From a bacterium (GTDB lineage Bacteria; UBA8248): a stretch of 64,000 nucleotides of DNA. Positions within the stretch are counted from its first letter, which is position 1. Every line of letters begins with the position of its first letter. The position numbers were made by a program, and so were the translations under genes. Of this stretch, positions 8,923-17,186 are shown piece by piece. Where the stretch lies: assembly GCA_965204535.1 (NCBI GenBank), contig OZ241996.1, forward strand, positions 352,001 to 416,000. The letters run 5' to 3'. Under the pieces are notes generated by a model. It had not been told where the DNA came from. It was given only the letters and a program-made list of their open reading frames with translations, and made no database searches.

Positions 8923-9937
8923 GTCCGCCGCGATGAACCAGGCACTCCTGCAAGTGCAAAGGCTGACGAAGTATTTTCCGGTCGACGGGGGGTGGCTCCG
9001 GCCTCCCCGCCACGTGCACGCCGTGGACGACATCAGCTTCTCGCTCAGCGCCGGCGAATCGTTCGCCCTCGTGGGTGAGAGCGGCTGCGGGAAAACGACG
9101 ACGGCCCGCCTGCTGGCGAAGCTGGAAAAACCCGACGATGGGAGCATCCTCTTCGACGAGAAAGAGGTCGCGGAACTGAGCGGGCCCGCCCTCAAGCAGT
9201 ACAACCGCGACGTGCAGATGATCTTTCAGGACCCCTTCGAATCCCTGAACCCCAGGCGCACCGTGCGGGCCATCCTGCGCCAGCCCCTCCTCAATCATGA
9301 CGCGGCCGAGAAAGGGAAGATCGACGAGACCGTCGTCGGGCTCCTGAACCAGGTGGGCATGGAACCGGGCGAAATCTTCATGGACCGCTACCCCCACCAG
9401 CTCAGCGGCGGCCAGCGCCAGCGCATCGGCATCGCTCGCGCGCTCACGCTGAAGCCCCGGCTGGTGATCGCAGACGAGCCGGTCTCCTCGCTCGACATCT
9501 CCATCCGCGCCCAGATACTGAACCTCCTGAAAGCGCTTCAGGCGCAGCACGATCTATCTTATCTCTTCATCACGCACGACCTGGGAGTCGTGCGCTCGGT
9601 CTGCGACAGGGTGGGGGTCATGTACCTGGGCGAGATCGTGGAGCTTGCGGCGGTGGAGTCGCTCTTCACGACCCCCCTGCACCCCTACACGCAGGCGCTG
9701 CTCTCGGCCACGCCGGTGGCGGACCCGGTGAAGGCCAGAAAGCGGCGGCGCATCATCCTCGAGGGAGAGGTTCCCTCCGCCCTCGACCCGCCGACAGGGT
9801 GCCGCTTCCATACGCGATGTCCCTACAGCGAGAAGCGTTGCGTGGAAGAGAAGCCGGTGCTTCGGGAACTCCACCCCGGCCATACGGTGGCCTGTCATTT
9901 CGCGGGCGACGTCGGCGTCGACGCCGCGGCCGATTGA
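8915..9937 (+). CDS. Peptide ABC ATP-binding protein (DppF-like)
   Basis: [36 protein letters not shown]. Confidence 0.92.
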   Translation: MSESAAMNQALLQVQRLTKYFPVDGGWLRPPRHVHAVDDISFSLSAGESFALVGESGCGKTTTARLLAKLEKPDDGSILFDEKEVAELSGPALKQYNRDVQMIFQDPFESLNPRRTVRAILRQPLLNHDAAEKGKIDETVVGLLNQVGMEPGEIFMDRYPHQLSGGQRQRIGIARALTLKPRLVIADEPVSSLDISIRAQILNLLKALQAQHDLSYLFITHDLGVVRSVCDRVGVMYLGEIVELAAVESLFTTPLHPYTQALLSATPVADPVKARKRRRIILEGEVPSALDPPTGCRFHTRCPYSEKRCVEEKPVLRELHPGHTVACHFAGDVGVDAAAD

Positions 9938-10007
9938 TACACGTAGCTGCTGGGCCTTTCTTTGGGGAATTGTATATATGACTCAGCACTGGGATCCCGA
10001 GTTCTGG

Positions 10008-10052
10008 ATTCCGGCAATCCCTCCCTCCTCGGTCGGCATTGATTGCCGGAAT
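10008..10052. repeat. REP-like hairpin variant
   Basis: ATTCCGGCAATC / GATTGCCGGAAT 12-bp perfect stem. Confidence 0.55.
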
Positions 10053-10147
10053 AACGGTGATCAAAACCGACGAGGGGAAGATATCTATCATTCTACTTGG
10101 GGGGATTATTCCCACCATGGAGCATACCAGAATCACTCCCCCCTTGA

Positions 10148-11663
10148 GGGGCTGTTGAAAAACCCCTGGTTTTGTGATCGTATGGATGTATCCCCCCTCG
10201 CCCGAGATGGGAGATTCCCCGATGTTGGACCGCAAGAGGCGCGGGCAGATGGAATTGTTCGTGGCCGGTTCGCTGGAGCAGTTGATTCCCGAAGATTACA
10301 TATTGTTCCGGGTGAACCGCGTACTGGATTTGAGCTGGCTGCGCGAGGAGGTGGCGGAGTGCTATTGCGCGGACAACGGTCGACCGGGGATCGACCCGGA
10401 AGTGGTGGTGCGGTTGATGCTGGCGGGTCTTCTGCTGGGCCACGTTCACGACCGGCATCTGCTTCGCGAGGCGCAGGTGAACCTGGCGATCCGGTGGTTC
10501 ATCGGGTACAGGCTGGACGAGGAGTTGCCGGATCATTCGAGCCTGACGCGTATCCGTCAGCGGTGGGGGGAGGCGCGATTCAAGGAGATATTTCGGCGCA
10601 CGGTTCAGTCTTGCGTGGAGGCGAAGGTGGCGAAGGGAGAAGTGGTTCACATGGACGCGTCTTTGATACGCGCGGACGTGAGCTGGGAGAGTCTGGCGGA
10701 GCGCCACGCGGAGAAGGTGGTGCGGGAGAACGACTCGGAGGATGAGACGGGGAAGAAGGGCGGTGGCGGGGGTTCGGGTCCGGTGAGCCGAACGGACCCC
10801 GACGCGCGCCTGGCGCGCAAGAGCGCTCGGGCGGGGTTCGAGCCGAGCTACAAGCACCACGCGGTGGTGGACGACGAGCGGGGCGTTGTCCTCGACGTAG
10901 AGGTGACGGCGGGGACGTTGAACGAGCGGGAGATGATGGAGCCGCAGTTGGATGCGGTTTGCGAGCTCACGGGTCGCGCGCCCGCGGTGGTGACGGCGGA
11001 TTCGGGCTATGCGTACTCGAAGGTGTACGGCGCATTGGAGCGGCGTGGCGTCGCCGCGCTGATACCGGCGAAGAAGGAGCCTTCCCAGAGCCGTGTTCCG
11101 CTGCAGTTGTTCCGCTACGACGAGCGGCGCAAGGTGGTGAAGTGTCCGGGCGGCAAGACGCTGCGTCCCCGGAAGGAGACGGAGCGGGGGCGCTACTATG
11201 GTTCGAGGACGCGCGATTGCGCGGGCTGCGCGCTGAGGTCGGATTGTCTGCCCAAGTCGCACACGAGCAGGACGGTGCTGATTCCGCACGAGTATCCGGC
11301 GCTGTTGCGCGCGCGCCGTCGCCACGCGCGCCGGGGGGAGGAGGAGGGCCGGCTGTGGCGCCGCCACATGTCGCGTTCGGAGGGCTACCACGGCGAAGCG
11401 AAGAGTCGGCACGGACTGGGGCGGGCGGTGCGCCGGGGCCTTGCGAACATGAGGATCCAGGCCTACCTGACGGCGACTGCGGTGAACCTCAAGCGGCTCG
11501 CCGCCGCTGTTGCGGCGGATATATTCGCTCTGTGGAGGGCCTGCGCCGCCCGGAGACGCCGTCTGCGCGTTCCTCGCGGCCTCACGCGCCGATTGGGCTT
11601 CCTATCCCAAGCCGCGTGAGCCGCCATACCTCCCGCTTCAAAACGGGGTTTTTCAACAGCCCC
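10148..11663 (+). mobile_element. IS1182-family insertion sequence (1516 bp)
   Basis: Perfect 19-bp terminal IRs GGGGCTGTTGAAAAACCCC (10148-10166 and 11645-11663); TTGA target duplication at 10144-10147 and 11664-11667. Confidence 0.93.
10222..11619 (+). CDS. IS1182-family DDE transposase
   Basis: GRPGIDPE, NLAIRWFIG, LPDHSSLTRIR, HMDASLIRA, SRTDPDA, TADSGY, EAKSRHGL, AVNLKRL. Confidence 0.92.
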   Translation: MLDRKRRGQMELFVAGSLEQLIPEDYILFRVNRVLDLSWLREEVAECYCADNGRPGIDPEVVVRLMLAGLLLGHVHDRHLLREAQVNLAIRWFIGYRLDEELPDHSSLTRIRQRWGEARFKEIFRRTVQSCVEAKVAKGEVVHMDASLIRADVSWESLAERHAEKVVRENDSEDETGKKGGGGGSGPVSRTDPDARLARKSARAGFEPSYKHHAVVDDERGVVLDVEVTAGTLNEREMMEPQLDAVCELTGRAPAVVTADSGYAYSKVYGALERRGVAALIPAKKEPSQSRVPLQLFRYDERRKVVKCPGGKTLRPRKETERGRYYGSRTRDCAGCALRSDCLPKSHTSRTVLIPHEYPALLRARRRHARRGEEEGRLWRRHMSRSEGYHGEAKSRHGLGRAVRRGLANMRIQAYLTATAVNLKRLAAAVAADIFALWRACAARRRRLRVPRGLTRRLGFLSQAA

Positions 11664-11866
11664 TTGAGGGGGAGTCGAAGAGGCCGAGCCCTTGGGCGAA
11701 GGCCGATTCGGTGGGGGGACATGCCACTGAAAAAGCTCCCCCCACCGACTCGCCTGCGGGCTACGCCCTTAGCTCGTCGACTCCCCTTCAAGGGGGGAGT
11801 GGTTTTCTCTCTCGTCGGTTGATTACATGCGACAAATCTAGAATTCAGGACTTTTTCAACAACCCC
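11664..11866. repeat. Composite palindromic element and MITE arm right of the IS
   Basis: GGGGGAGTCGA..CGGTGGGGGG..CCCCCACCG..TCGACTCCCCTTCAAGGGGGGAGTG followed by CTTTTTCAACAACCCC (11851-11866); homologous to 13273-13558. Confidence 0.75.
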
Positions 11867-11963
11867 CTCAAGGGGGGAATGAGAAAACCCGAGCACCAGG
11901 GAGTGGTTTTGGAGAAGGAATTTTGAATTCAACCCGCAGATGTAAAAAGGCGGAGGGATTTTC

Positions 11964-13265
11964 ATGAACGACGTTATTGATAAGTTGATTTCACAGGCCC
12001 GGCGAGTCGACGTGGCCGCCCTGCTTCAGGAACTCGTCCGGATTCCCAGCCCCACCGGAGAGGAGGCGGCGGTCCAGAATCTGGTGCAGGAACGATTCGC
12101 AGGCGCCGGTTTGGAGGTGGAGGCGTTCGAGGCGGATTTAGAGGAATTAAGAGCGCATCCGGCGTTCTCGGCCCCTCGCTCATCGCTGGAGAGGGGTTAC
12201 GCGGGGCGGCCGAACGTGATCGGCCGCCTGCGGGGTGCGGGAGGCGGCAGGTCGCTTCTTCTCTTTTGCCACGCCGACACGGTCCCGCCCGGCCCCAGGA
12301 GCGCCTGGACCAAGGATCCCTTCGGCGGCGAGATGGAGGGCAACCGGCTCTATGGCCGGGGCGCAGGAGACGCCAAGTCGGGGCTGGCCGTCATGATCGC
12401 GTGCGCCCGGGCCTTGAAGGACGCCGGAGTTTGCCTCAAGGGGGATCTGACGCTCCTCTCCACCGTCGAGGAGGAAGAAGGCGGCGGCGGGGGCATGCTG
12501 GCGTGCGTTCTGCGCGGCCTTAAGGCGGATGGCGCCGTTTACACGCACATGAAGCCGGGCGGACTCGGCGGCGTGGACATCGGTTCGGGCGGCGACGTGA
12601 GTTTCAGGATCACCGTGCCGGGCCAGGCCGGCCACAAGGGCTCGGCGCACCTTTTCGTGAACGCCATCGAGAAAGCCGAATATATCCACGCAGCACTCAG
12701 GGAGCTGGACGCGCAAAGAGGGGAAGCGGTACGCGAACCGCTGGTGGAAAAACGCTTCGAGATAAGCGGACTCGAACCCCGCACGGTGAACCTCGTGGTG
12801 ACCGTGATCCGCGCGGGCGTGTCCATCGGCCAGCTCCCGGCCGAGTGCGTTCTGGAGGGCGTGGCGGGGGTGGCCCCGAGAGAGAGCCTGGAAGAAGTGA
12901 AAGGGCTCGTGGAAGACCACCTCGCCCGGGCCGCCGGGGCCGACCCGTGGCTTCGCGAGCATCCGCCGCGCCTGGAGTGGACGGAGAGGCGCGCGGAGCC
13001 CTGCCTCACCGACCCCGATCACCCGTTCGTCAAAACGGCGTTGTCGGTAGCCGAACGGGTCACGGGCCGTCCCTGCCAGCGTCAGGCGCTGAACGGGACG
13101 ACGGACATGCGGTTCCCGGTTCTCTACGGCGGCACGCCCACCATCATGTTCGGCGGGGAATGCCCGAGGGGCCACATCCCCGATGAATTCACGTATATCG
13201 ACGAACTGGAGCTCTCCGTCGAGGGGCTGCTCCACCTGATTCTCGAGTGGTGCGGCGCGGCGTGA
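11964..13265 (+). CDS. M20 metallopeptidase / ArgE-DapE-like deacylase
   Basis: LVRIPSPTGEE, HADTVP, LYGRGAGDAKSG, VEEE, GTTDMRF, HIPDE. Confidence 0.88.
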   Translation: MNDVIDKLISQARRVDVAALLQELVRIPSPTGEEAAVQNLVQERFAGAGLEVEAFEADLEELRAHPAFSAPRSSLERGYAGRPNVIGRLRGAGGGRSLLLFCHADTVPPGPRSAWTKDPFGGEMEGNRLYGRGAGDAKSGLAVMIACARALKDAGVCLKGDLTLLSTVEEEEGGGGGMLACVLRGLKADGAVYTHMKPGGLGGVDIGSGGDVSFRITVPGQAGHKGSAHLFVNAIEKAEYIHAALRELDAQRGEAVREPLVEKRFEISGLEPRTVNLVVTVIRAGVSIGQLPAECVLEGVAGVAPRESLEEVKGLVEDHLARAAGADPWLREHPPRLEWTERRAEPCLTDPDHPFVKTALSVAERVTGRPCQRQALNGTTDMRFPVLYGGTPTIMFGGECPRGHIPDEFTYIDELELSVEGLLHLILEWCGAA

Positions 13266-13272
13266 GCGAGGA

Positions 13273-13558
13273 GGGGCTGTTGAAAAAGACCTGATTTTTG
13301 TATTTGTCGTATGAAACTGACCGACGTGAGAGAAAAATCACTCCCCCCTTGAGGGGGAGTCGATGAAGCCGAGCGTTTTTTGCGAAGGCTGAATCGGTGG
13401 GGGGTGAATCGCGTTTTATTGCCATTCCGAATTATACCCCCCACCGAATCGCTTGCGGGCTTACGCCCTTAGCTCTTCGACTCCCCCTCAAGGGGGGAGT
13501 GAACTTCTAAAGCGTGCGCGCAACCAAAATCGCCCCACAAGGCTTTTTCAACAACCCT
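13273..13558. mobile_element. MITE with IS1182-like ends containing an intact ~160-bp composite palindrome (13339-13501)
   Basis: GGGGCTGTTGAAAAAG ... CTTTTTCAACAACCCT; internal CACTCCCCCCTTGAGGGGGAGT and ACTCCCCCTCAAGGGGGGAGTG. Confidence 0.75.
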
Positions 13559-13671
13559 CTTCGGGCAGGATTGTATATAATCATCCGAATAAGGGTTTAC
13601 CGACTTACCCAACGGGAGAAAACGGATGAACGAACAACAGGGGGCGGTGGCTCCGAATTTTACGGCGCTGC
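13543..13671 (+). repeat. Direct repeat copy 1 (MITE end, TATAAT box and first 15 codons of the 15937 gene)
   Basis: Near-identical to 15855-15982. Confidence 0.9.
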
Positions 13672-13802
13672 TCGACAGGATCCACAAGGACATCGGACAG
13701 GATCTATTCCGGACCTTCAGCGCGATAGACGTGGATGAAATCGAGCGGTTTGCGAAGACGCTCGAGACGCTTGGCGGGTGGCTCGACGGACAGGAACGAT
13801 GA
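13626..13802 (+). pseudogene. Chimeric 58-aa ORF: aminotransferase N-terminus fused to an unrelated (possibly MarR-like) C-terminal fragment
   Basis: MNEQQGAVAPNFTAL matches the start of the 15937 protein, then LDRIHKDIGQDLFRTFSAIDVDEIERFAKTLETL; stop overlaps the amidase ATG. Confidence 0.6.
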
Positions 13803-15214
13803 GCGATTTCGCGTTCATGACGGCAATCGAGTTGAAGGACCTGATCGCGCGCGGCGACATCTCGCCGGTCGAACTCGTCGGGTCGTCCCTGGAGCGCATG
13901 GACGGGCTGGAGCCGACGCTCAACTGTTTCGTCCAGACCTCGCCCGACCTCGCCCTCGAAGCGGCGCGGCAGGCCGAAAAGGCCGTCATGTCCGGCGAAG
14001 AGCTCGGACTGCTGCACGGCCTACCCATCTCGGTGAAGGACCTGATCGCCGTGGACGGCCTGAAGCTGACCTTCGGCTCTCGGGCGATGGCGGACAATGT
14101 CGCGGCGGTCGACGCGCCCTCGGTGGACCGGGTGCGGCGGCAGGGCGGCTGCATCGTCGGCAAGTCGACGACCAGCGAGTTCGGCTGCAAGGCGGTCGGC
14201 GACAGCCCGCTGACCGGGGTGACGCCGAACGCCTGGAATCTCGCCAAGACGCCGGGCGGATCGAGCTGCGGCGCCGCGACCAGCGTTGCCGCCGGGGTCA
14301 CACCGTTCGCGCTCGGAACCGACGGCGGCGGGTCCGTCCGCATCCCGAGTTCGCTCAGCGGCCTTTTCGGCATCAAGGCGCAGTTCGCGCGCGTCGGGGT
14401 CTTCCCGGCGGCCGCCACGCCGACGCTCGCCCATGTCGGCCCGCTCACCCGCACCGTGCGCGACGGGGCGCTCCTGCTGAACGCCGTCGCCGGGCACGAC
14501 CGCCGGGATCCCTTCGGCGTCGCGCAGCCCGTGCCCGACTTCCTGGCCGCCTGCGAGCGTCCGGTCGAGGGCATGCGCCTGGCCTGGAGCCCGACGCTCG
14601 GCTACGCGCAGCCGACCGGCGAGGTGGTCCGGATCGTCGAGGAAGCCGTCAGGGTGTTCGAGGATCTCGGCTGCACCGTGGACCTGGTCGAACAGGTCAT
14701 GGAAGAGGATCCGCTCCCCATTTGGATGGCCGAGTTCTACGCCGGCGTCGGAACCCGGCTCAAGGATGTGCTCGCCGACAAGCCGGACCTGCTCGACCCG
14801 GCGGTAGCCGACGTGCTCGCCGGCGCCCTCGATCAGGAACTGGACGAGTATTACGACAAGGTTTTCCGGCGCTACGACTTCCGCGAGAAGATGCGCCTCT
14901 TCTTCGAGGACTACGATCTGCTCCTGACGCCGACGCTTCCCGTCCCGGCTTTCGACGTGAACTGCAACGCGCCGCCTGAGCTGCCCGGCCGCAACATCGT
15001 ATCCTGGGTCTACTACACCTATCCGTTCAACCTGACGGGCCAGCCGGCCGCCTCGGTGCCGGCGGGATGGACCCGGGACGGCCTGCCCGTGGGCATGCAG
15101 ATGGTTTCGAGGATCCTGCACGAGGAAGACATCTTCCGCGCCGCCGCCGCATTCGAGGCCGCCAGACCGTGGGTCGACCGAAGGCCCGATCTGGCCGCAC
15201 CGGCCCAGGGATGA
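13799..15214 (+). CDS. Amidase signature family protein (GatA-like amidase)
   Basis: LHGLPISVKDL, GKSTTSEFG, TPGGSSCG, GTDGGGSVRIPSS, TYPFNLTGQPA. Confidence 0.92.
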   Translation: MSDFAFMTAIELKDLIARGDISPVELVGSSLERMDGLEPTLNCFVQTSPDLALEAARQAEKAVMSGEELGLLHGLPISVKDLIAVDGLKLTFGSRAMADNVAAVDAPSVDRVRRQGGCIVGKSTTSEFGCKAVGDSPLTGVTPNAWNLAKTPGGSSCGAATSVAAGVTPFALGTDGGGSVRIPSSLSGLFGIKAQFARVGVFPAAATPTLAHVGPLTRTVRDGALLLNAVAGHDRRDPFGVAQPVPDFLAACERPVEGMRLAWSPTLGYAQPTGEVVRIVEEAVRVFEDLGCTVDLVEQVMEEDPLPIWMAEFYAGVGTRLKDVLADKPDLLDPAVADVLAGALDQELDEYYDKVFRRYDFREKMRLFFEDYDLLLTPTLPVPAFDVNCNAPPELPGRNIVSWVYYTYPFNLTGQPAASVPAGWTRDGLPVGMQMVSRILHEEDIFRAAAAFEAARPWVDRRPDLAAPAQG

Positions 15215-15215
15215 C

Positions 15216-15400
15216 TCAATTGAGCAACTGTCTCGGCAGCCGCATGGCGATTTCCGGAAATGCCATGATAAGCGCCAGTCCGGTCAGTTGCAGAAGCACG
15301 AACGGAATGATTCCGGTGTGGATCTGCTGGAACTTGACCTGGGGTGAGGCCACGCCCTTCATGTAAAACAGCGCAAATCCGAACGGCGGCGTATCGAAGG
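15216..15400 (-). pseudogene. 3' fragment of a TRAP transporter large permease (DctM)
   Basis: TPPFGFALFYMKGVA..IHTGIIPFVLLQL..FPEIAMRLP is the DctM C-terminus; the remainder of the gene is absent. Confidence 0.8.
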
Positions 15401-15690
15401 GCGAGAGGCTCGCGCCGTGGCGAGAGCAAACACTCATTCATCAATCGCGTTTGGCCTTCGATATGCGGCTTCGCCGCTATTCAGGATGAGGCGGTGCGGT
15501 TTTGATCGTCATTCCGGCGCAAGAATGGATGAAGATTCCATTGTAGCGGACAAGCTCCTGCGCCTGTCCGAGGTCCCACGCTTGTTCCTGCGAAGCGCGA
15601 CCACGGGGATGGACATATCCGATACGAGTGGCCACGATCGAACTTCCCCCTTCGGGAAGTTCGACGCCCCTACTACTGGTGAATGCGGTT

Positions 15691-15870
15691 TTGTTCGTCA
15701 TTCCGGCGAAAGCCGGAATCCAGGGACTTTGCTTTTGGATTTGTCTTTTCGCTTTATCGTTTTTCTTGGTCGACCTGTGATTCGGTATTCCCGTCTGCTC
15801 TGGATTCCGGCTTTCGCCGGAATGACGGCGGTGGACAATTCCGAGCGAAGAGGACTTTTTCAACAACCCC
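15691..15870. mobile_element. Partial MITE (reverse copy of the 1479-1787 type) with inverted REP-like hairpins
   Basis: Hairpins at 15696-15722 and 15801-15827; end CTTTTTCAACAACCCC at 15855-15870. Confidence 0.7.
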
Positions 15871-15982
15871 TTCGGGTAAGATTGTATATAATCATCCGAA
15901 TAAGGGTTTACCGACTTACCCAACGGGGGAAATTCGATGAACGAACAACAGGGGGCGGTTGCTCCTGATTTTACGGCGCTGC
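15855..15982 (+). repeat. Direct repeat copy 2
   Basis: Near-identical to 13543-13671. Confidence 0.9.
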
Positions 15983-17070
15983 GAGACGAGTTTCCCGTCA
16001 CCCGGAGCTGGACCTATCTGGACCTCGCCAACAAGGCGCCCCTTCCCCGGTGCGCCCAGGACGCCATCCCCGATTTCCTGCGGGAGATGAATGAGGGCGG
16101 CGTCCGGGAGGCCTTCTCCAAGGGCCGCGTGGAGGAGATTCGCGCCTCGCTGGCATCGCTCCTGGGCGTCGCGCCGGGGGCGCTCGCGTTCATCAAGAAT
16201 ACGTCGGAGGGATTGAACATCGCCGCGCAGGCGCTCGATCTCAAGGCGGGGGACAACGTCATCCAGGCGGAAATGGACCACCCGAACCAGGTGTACGCAT
16301 GGAAGCGCCTGGAGGAAAACGGCGTCGAGTTGCGGTGGGTGCGAAACGGGGACGGCTACCCTCCGGTAGAGGCGTTCATCGAAGCGATGGACGAGCAAAC
16401 GCGCGTCGTGGCGGTCTCCTATGTGACTTTCGGGACGGGCTGCCGGGTGGACCTGCCCGCCCTGGGCGCGGCCTGCCGCGAGCGCGGGGTCGTCTTGATG
16501 ACGGACGCGATACAGGGGGTCGGGATACTCTCGGCGTCGCTGCCTGTCCTCGGGGCGGACATCGTGGTCTGCGGCGGGCACAAGGGGTTGCTCGGCCTGC
16601 CGGGCACGGGTTTTCTCTATTGCCGCGAAGACCTGATCCCCGGGATGAAGCCCCCTTTCTATGCCCGCGCCAGCATGGTGCCTGAAGCGCGTCCCCGGAT
16701 GGAGGTCGGGCTGGCCCCGGACGCCGGCCGCTTCGAGATCGGGAACCAGAATTACCTGGGCTTGTGGGTGCTCGGCCGCTCGGTCGAGTTCCTTGGCAAG
16801 GTCGGTCTCGAGCATATCGAAGACCGCGTGCGGGGGTTGACGACGTATCTGATGGAGTTGCTGGAGAGGCGGGGCGAGAAGATTCTGACGCCTCGCCCCT
16901 GGGAGGAGCGCGCCGCCATCGTGAGCATCGAGTCACCCGACCCGCCCAAAGCGGCGGCGCAACTTCGCGAGAAGAGAATCATCGCAAGCGCGCGAAACAA
17001 CGCCCTTCGCTTCGCGCCGCATTTCTACAATACCGAAGAAGAACTCGAGCGGGTGGTCGGTCTGCTTTAG
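15937..17070 (+). CDS. Aminotransferase class V PLP-dependent enzyme
   Basis: LRDEFP, YLDLA, KNTSEGLN, DAIQGVG, GGHKGLLG (PLP lysine), RFAPHFYNTEEE. Confidence 0.88.
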   Translation: MNEQQGAVAPDFTALRDEFPVTRSWTYLDLANKAPLPRCAQDAIPDFLREMNEGGVREAFSKGRVEEIRASLASLLGVAPGALAFIKNTSEGLNIAAQALDLKAGDNVIQAEMDHPNQVYAWKRLEENGVELRWVRNGDGYPPVEAFIEAMDEQTRVVAVSYVTFGTGCRVDLPALGAACRERGVVLMTDAIQGVGILSASLPVLGADIVVCGGHKGLLGLPGTGFLYCREDLIPGMKPPFYARASMVPEARPRMEVGLAPDAGRFEIGNQNYLGLWVLGRSVEFLGKVGLEHIEDRVRGLTTYLMELLERRGEKILTPRPWEERAAIVSIESPDPPKAAAQLREKRIIASARNNALRFAPHFYNTEEELERVVGLL

Positions 17071-17186
17071 GGGAATTCCCAAACAATTCGATAAAATCAG
17101 ATAAATTCACGGGGTTTTTCGATAAATTGCCGTAAATTTCCGAGGGGAAATGCGGGGAAATGCGGGGCCGGGATGCGAGCAAATGC
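17071..17186. repeat. AT-rich GATAAA block plus tandem AAATGCGGG units, shared with 38852-39272 and 24037-24054
   Basis: 40/50 ungapped identity of 17071-17120 to 39008-39057 (hand count). Confidence 0.7.

Noticed and set aside
4423-9550. Long antisense ORFs of 400-800 aa (also opposite pyc, PBP1A and clpC)
   Set aside because: They are shadow frames of high-GC coding sequence with no recognisable motifs.
11510-11965. ORFs with PLEGESK / PLKGGV peptides (also at 13124-13738)
   Set aside because: These are translations of the composite palindromic repeat.
13547-13581. Hybrid promoter with the -35 supplied by the MITE end
   Set aside because: TATAAT is present, but the TTCAAC in the IR is 23 bp away, outside normal spacing.
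13799-15214. gatA of the GatCAB amidotransferase
   Set aside because: No gatB or gatC is adjacent; the context is a captured fragment, consistent with a generic amidase.
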